Made by a program: the position numbers and the translations under genes. The notes under the pieces were generated by a model, which saw nothing but the letters and a program-made list of their open reading frames with translations, made no database searches and was not told where the DNA came from. Shown here one piece after another: positions 35,338-35,669 of a stretch of DNA of 35,669 bases (the stretch's first letter is position 1; every line of letters begins with the position of its first letter). The DNA comes from Nanobdellota archaeon (GTDB lineage Archaea; Nanobdellota; Nanobdellia; UBA10117; ARS21). The DNA lies in NCBI GenBank assembly GCA_014239585.1, contig JAAZYP010000001.1, positions 73,752 through 109,420 of the forward strand, read 5' to 3'.

Positions 35338-35668
35338 ATTCGCATCCAGCAATATTTGCTAATTGATTAAGATCCCTTACACCAGTCATTGTTTGACCTG
35401 CAATTTTCCAAGTAGGATATCCAGTAATTCCTTCGATTTGGCAACGTTCAGATTGAGGATTGTCTCCACGAGAATCACACTCAATATAATTAATATATTT
35501 GAAAGTATTACCGAACAATTTTTTTTGTTCAGCACAAGCGCCACACCAAAATGCACCATACATTTGTGCACCGTTATCTGTCAAACATTGAGCAAGTTCC
35601 GCAACTTCCGGATCTTCTTGAGAAGTCAAGTAAGAAATTGAACCAACTACAAATACCAAAACAACAAT
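35327..35668 (-). CDS. Membrane-anchored thioredoxin-like protein (5' end outside the window)
   Basis: MYGAFWCGAC..QK.LFG, YIEC...C...GITGYPTW. The frame is open to the window edge. Confidence 0.85.
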   Translation of the reverse strand: MVVLVFVVGSISYLTSQEDPEVAELAQCLTDNGAQMYGAFWCGACAEQKKLFGNTFKYINYIECDSRGDNPQSERCQIEGITGYPTWKIAGQTMTGVRDLNQLANIAGCEYGS

Positions 35669-35669
35669 T

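Noticed and set aside
3694-35641. Antisense or overlapping short ORFs (3694, 5275, 6170, 7502, 11872, 12762, 13885, 14620, 14847, 15565, 15974, 22026, 23154, 23400, 28130, 29225, 31045, 33442, 35363, 35386)
   Set aside because: All are shadows of clearly recognisable genes and show no motifs of their own.
1-35669. tRNA/rRNA genes, transposases, integrases, stop-codon recoding
   Set aside because: Intergenic gaps are short and AT-rich with no cloverleaf signatures, no mobile-element proteins were seen, and TGA/TAG act as ordinary stops at expected protein ends.

Overview
AT-rich, densely packed chromosomal segment of an archaeon. Gene content, divergent sequences, tiny intergenic gaps and mostly leaderless TATA promoters suggest a DPANN (Woesearchaeota/Nanobdellota-like) lineage; this taxonomy is inference. 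Core genes are glyS, tyrS, a C-terminally truncated gltX, rpl15e, rpl7ae-rps28e-rpl24e, the RNase P proteins Pop5 and Rpp30, psmA, SBDS, rrp4/41/42, rpoK, rps2 and a beta-CASP nuclease. The window also holds a B12-dependent class II RNR coupled to a PduO adenosyltransferase, a Cas4-like/DEDDy DUF2779-type nuclease, a MacB-like ABC/COG1361 module and an orphan nucleotidyltransferase. A translationally coupled Grx-GDH-TrxR-MauE-CxxC redox operon lies divergent from tldD-tldE-APC permease. The best hand-read signals are: (1) a K-turn/K-loop hiding the Shine-Dalgarno of rpl7ae, with a competing alternative hairpin; (2) a GluRS lacking its anticodon-binding domain; (3) the glutamate-to-thiol redox operon; (4) three small ORFs missed by the ORF track; (5) one TATA box centred between two divergent genes; (6) repeated loss of Zn-binding cysteines. 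No CRISPR array, tRNA/rRNA, intein or mobile element was recognised. All family assignments are by motif recognition, not database search.
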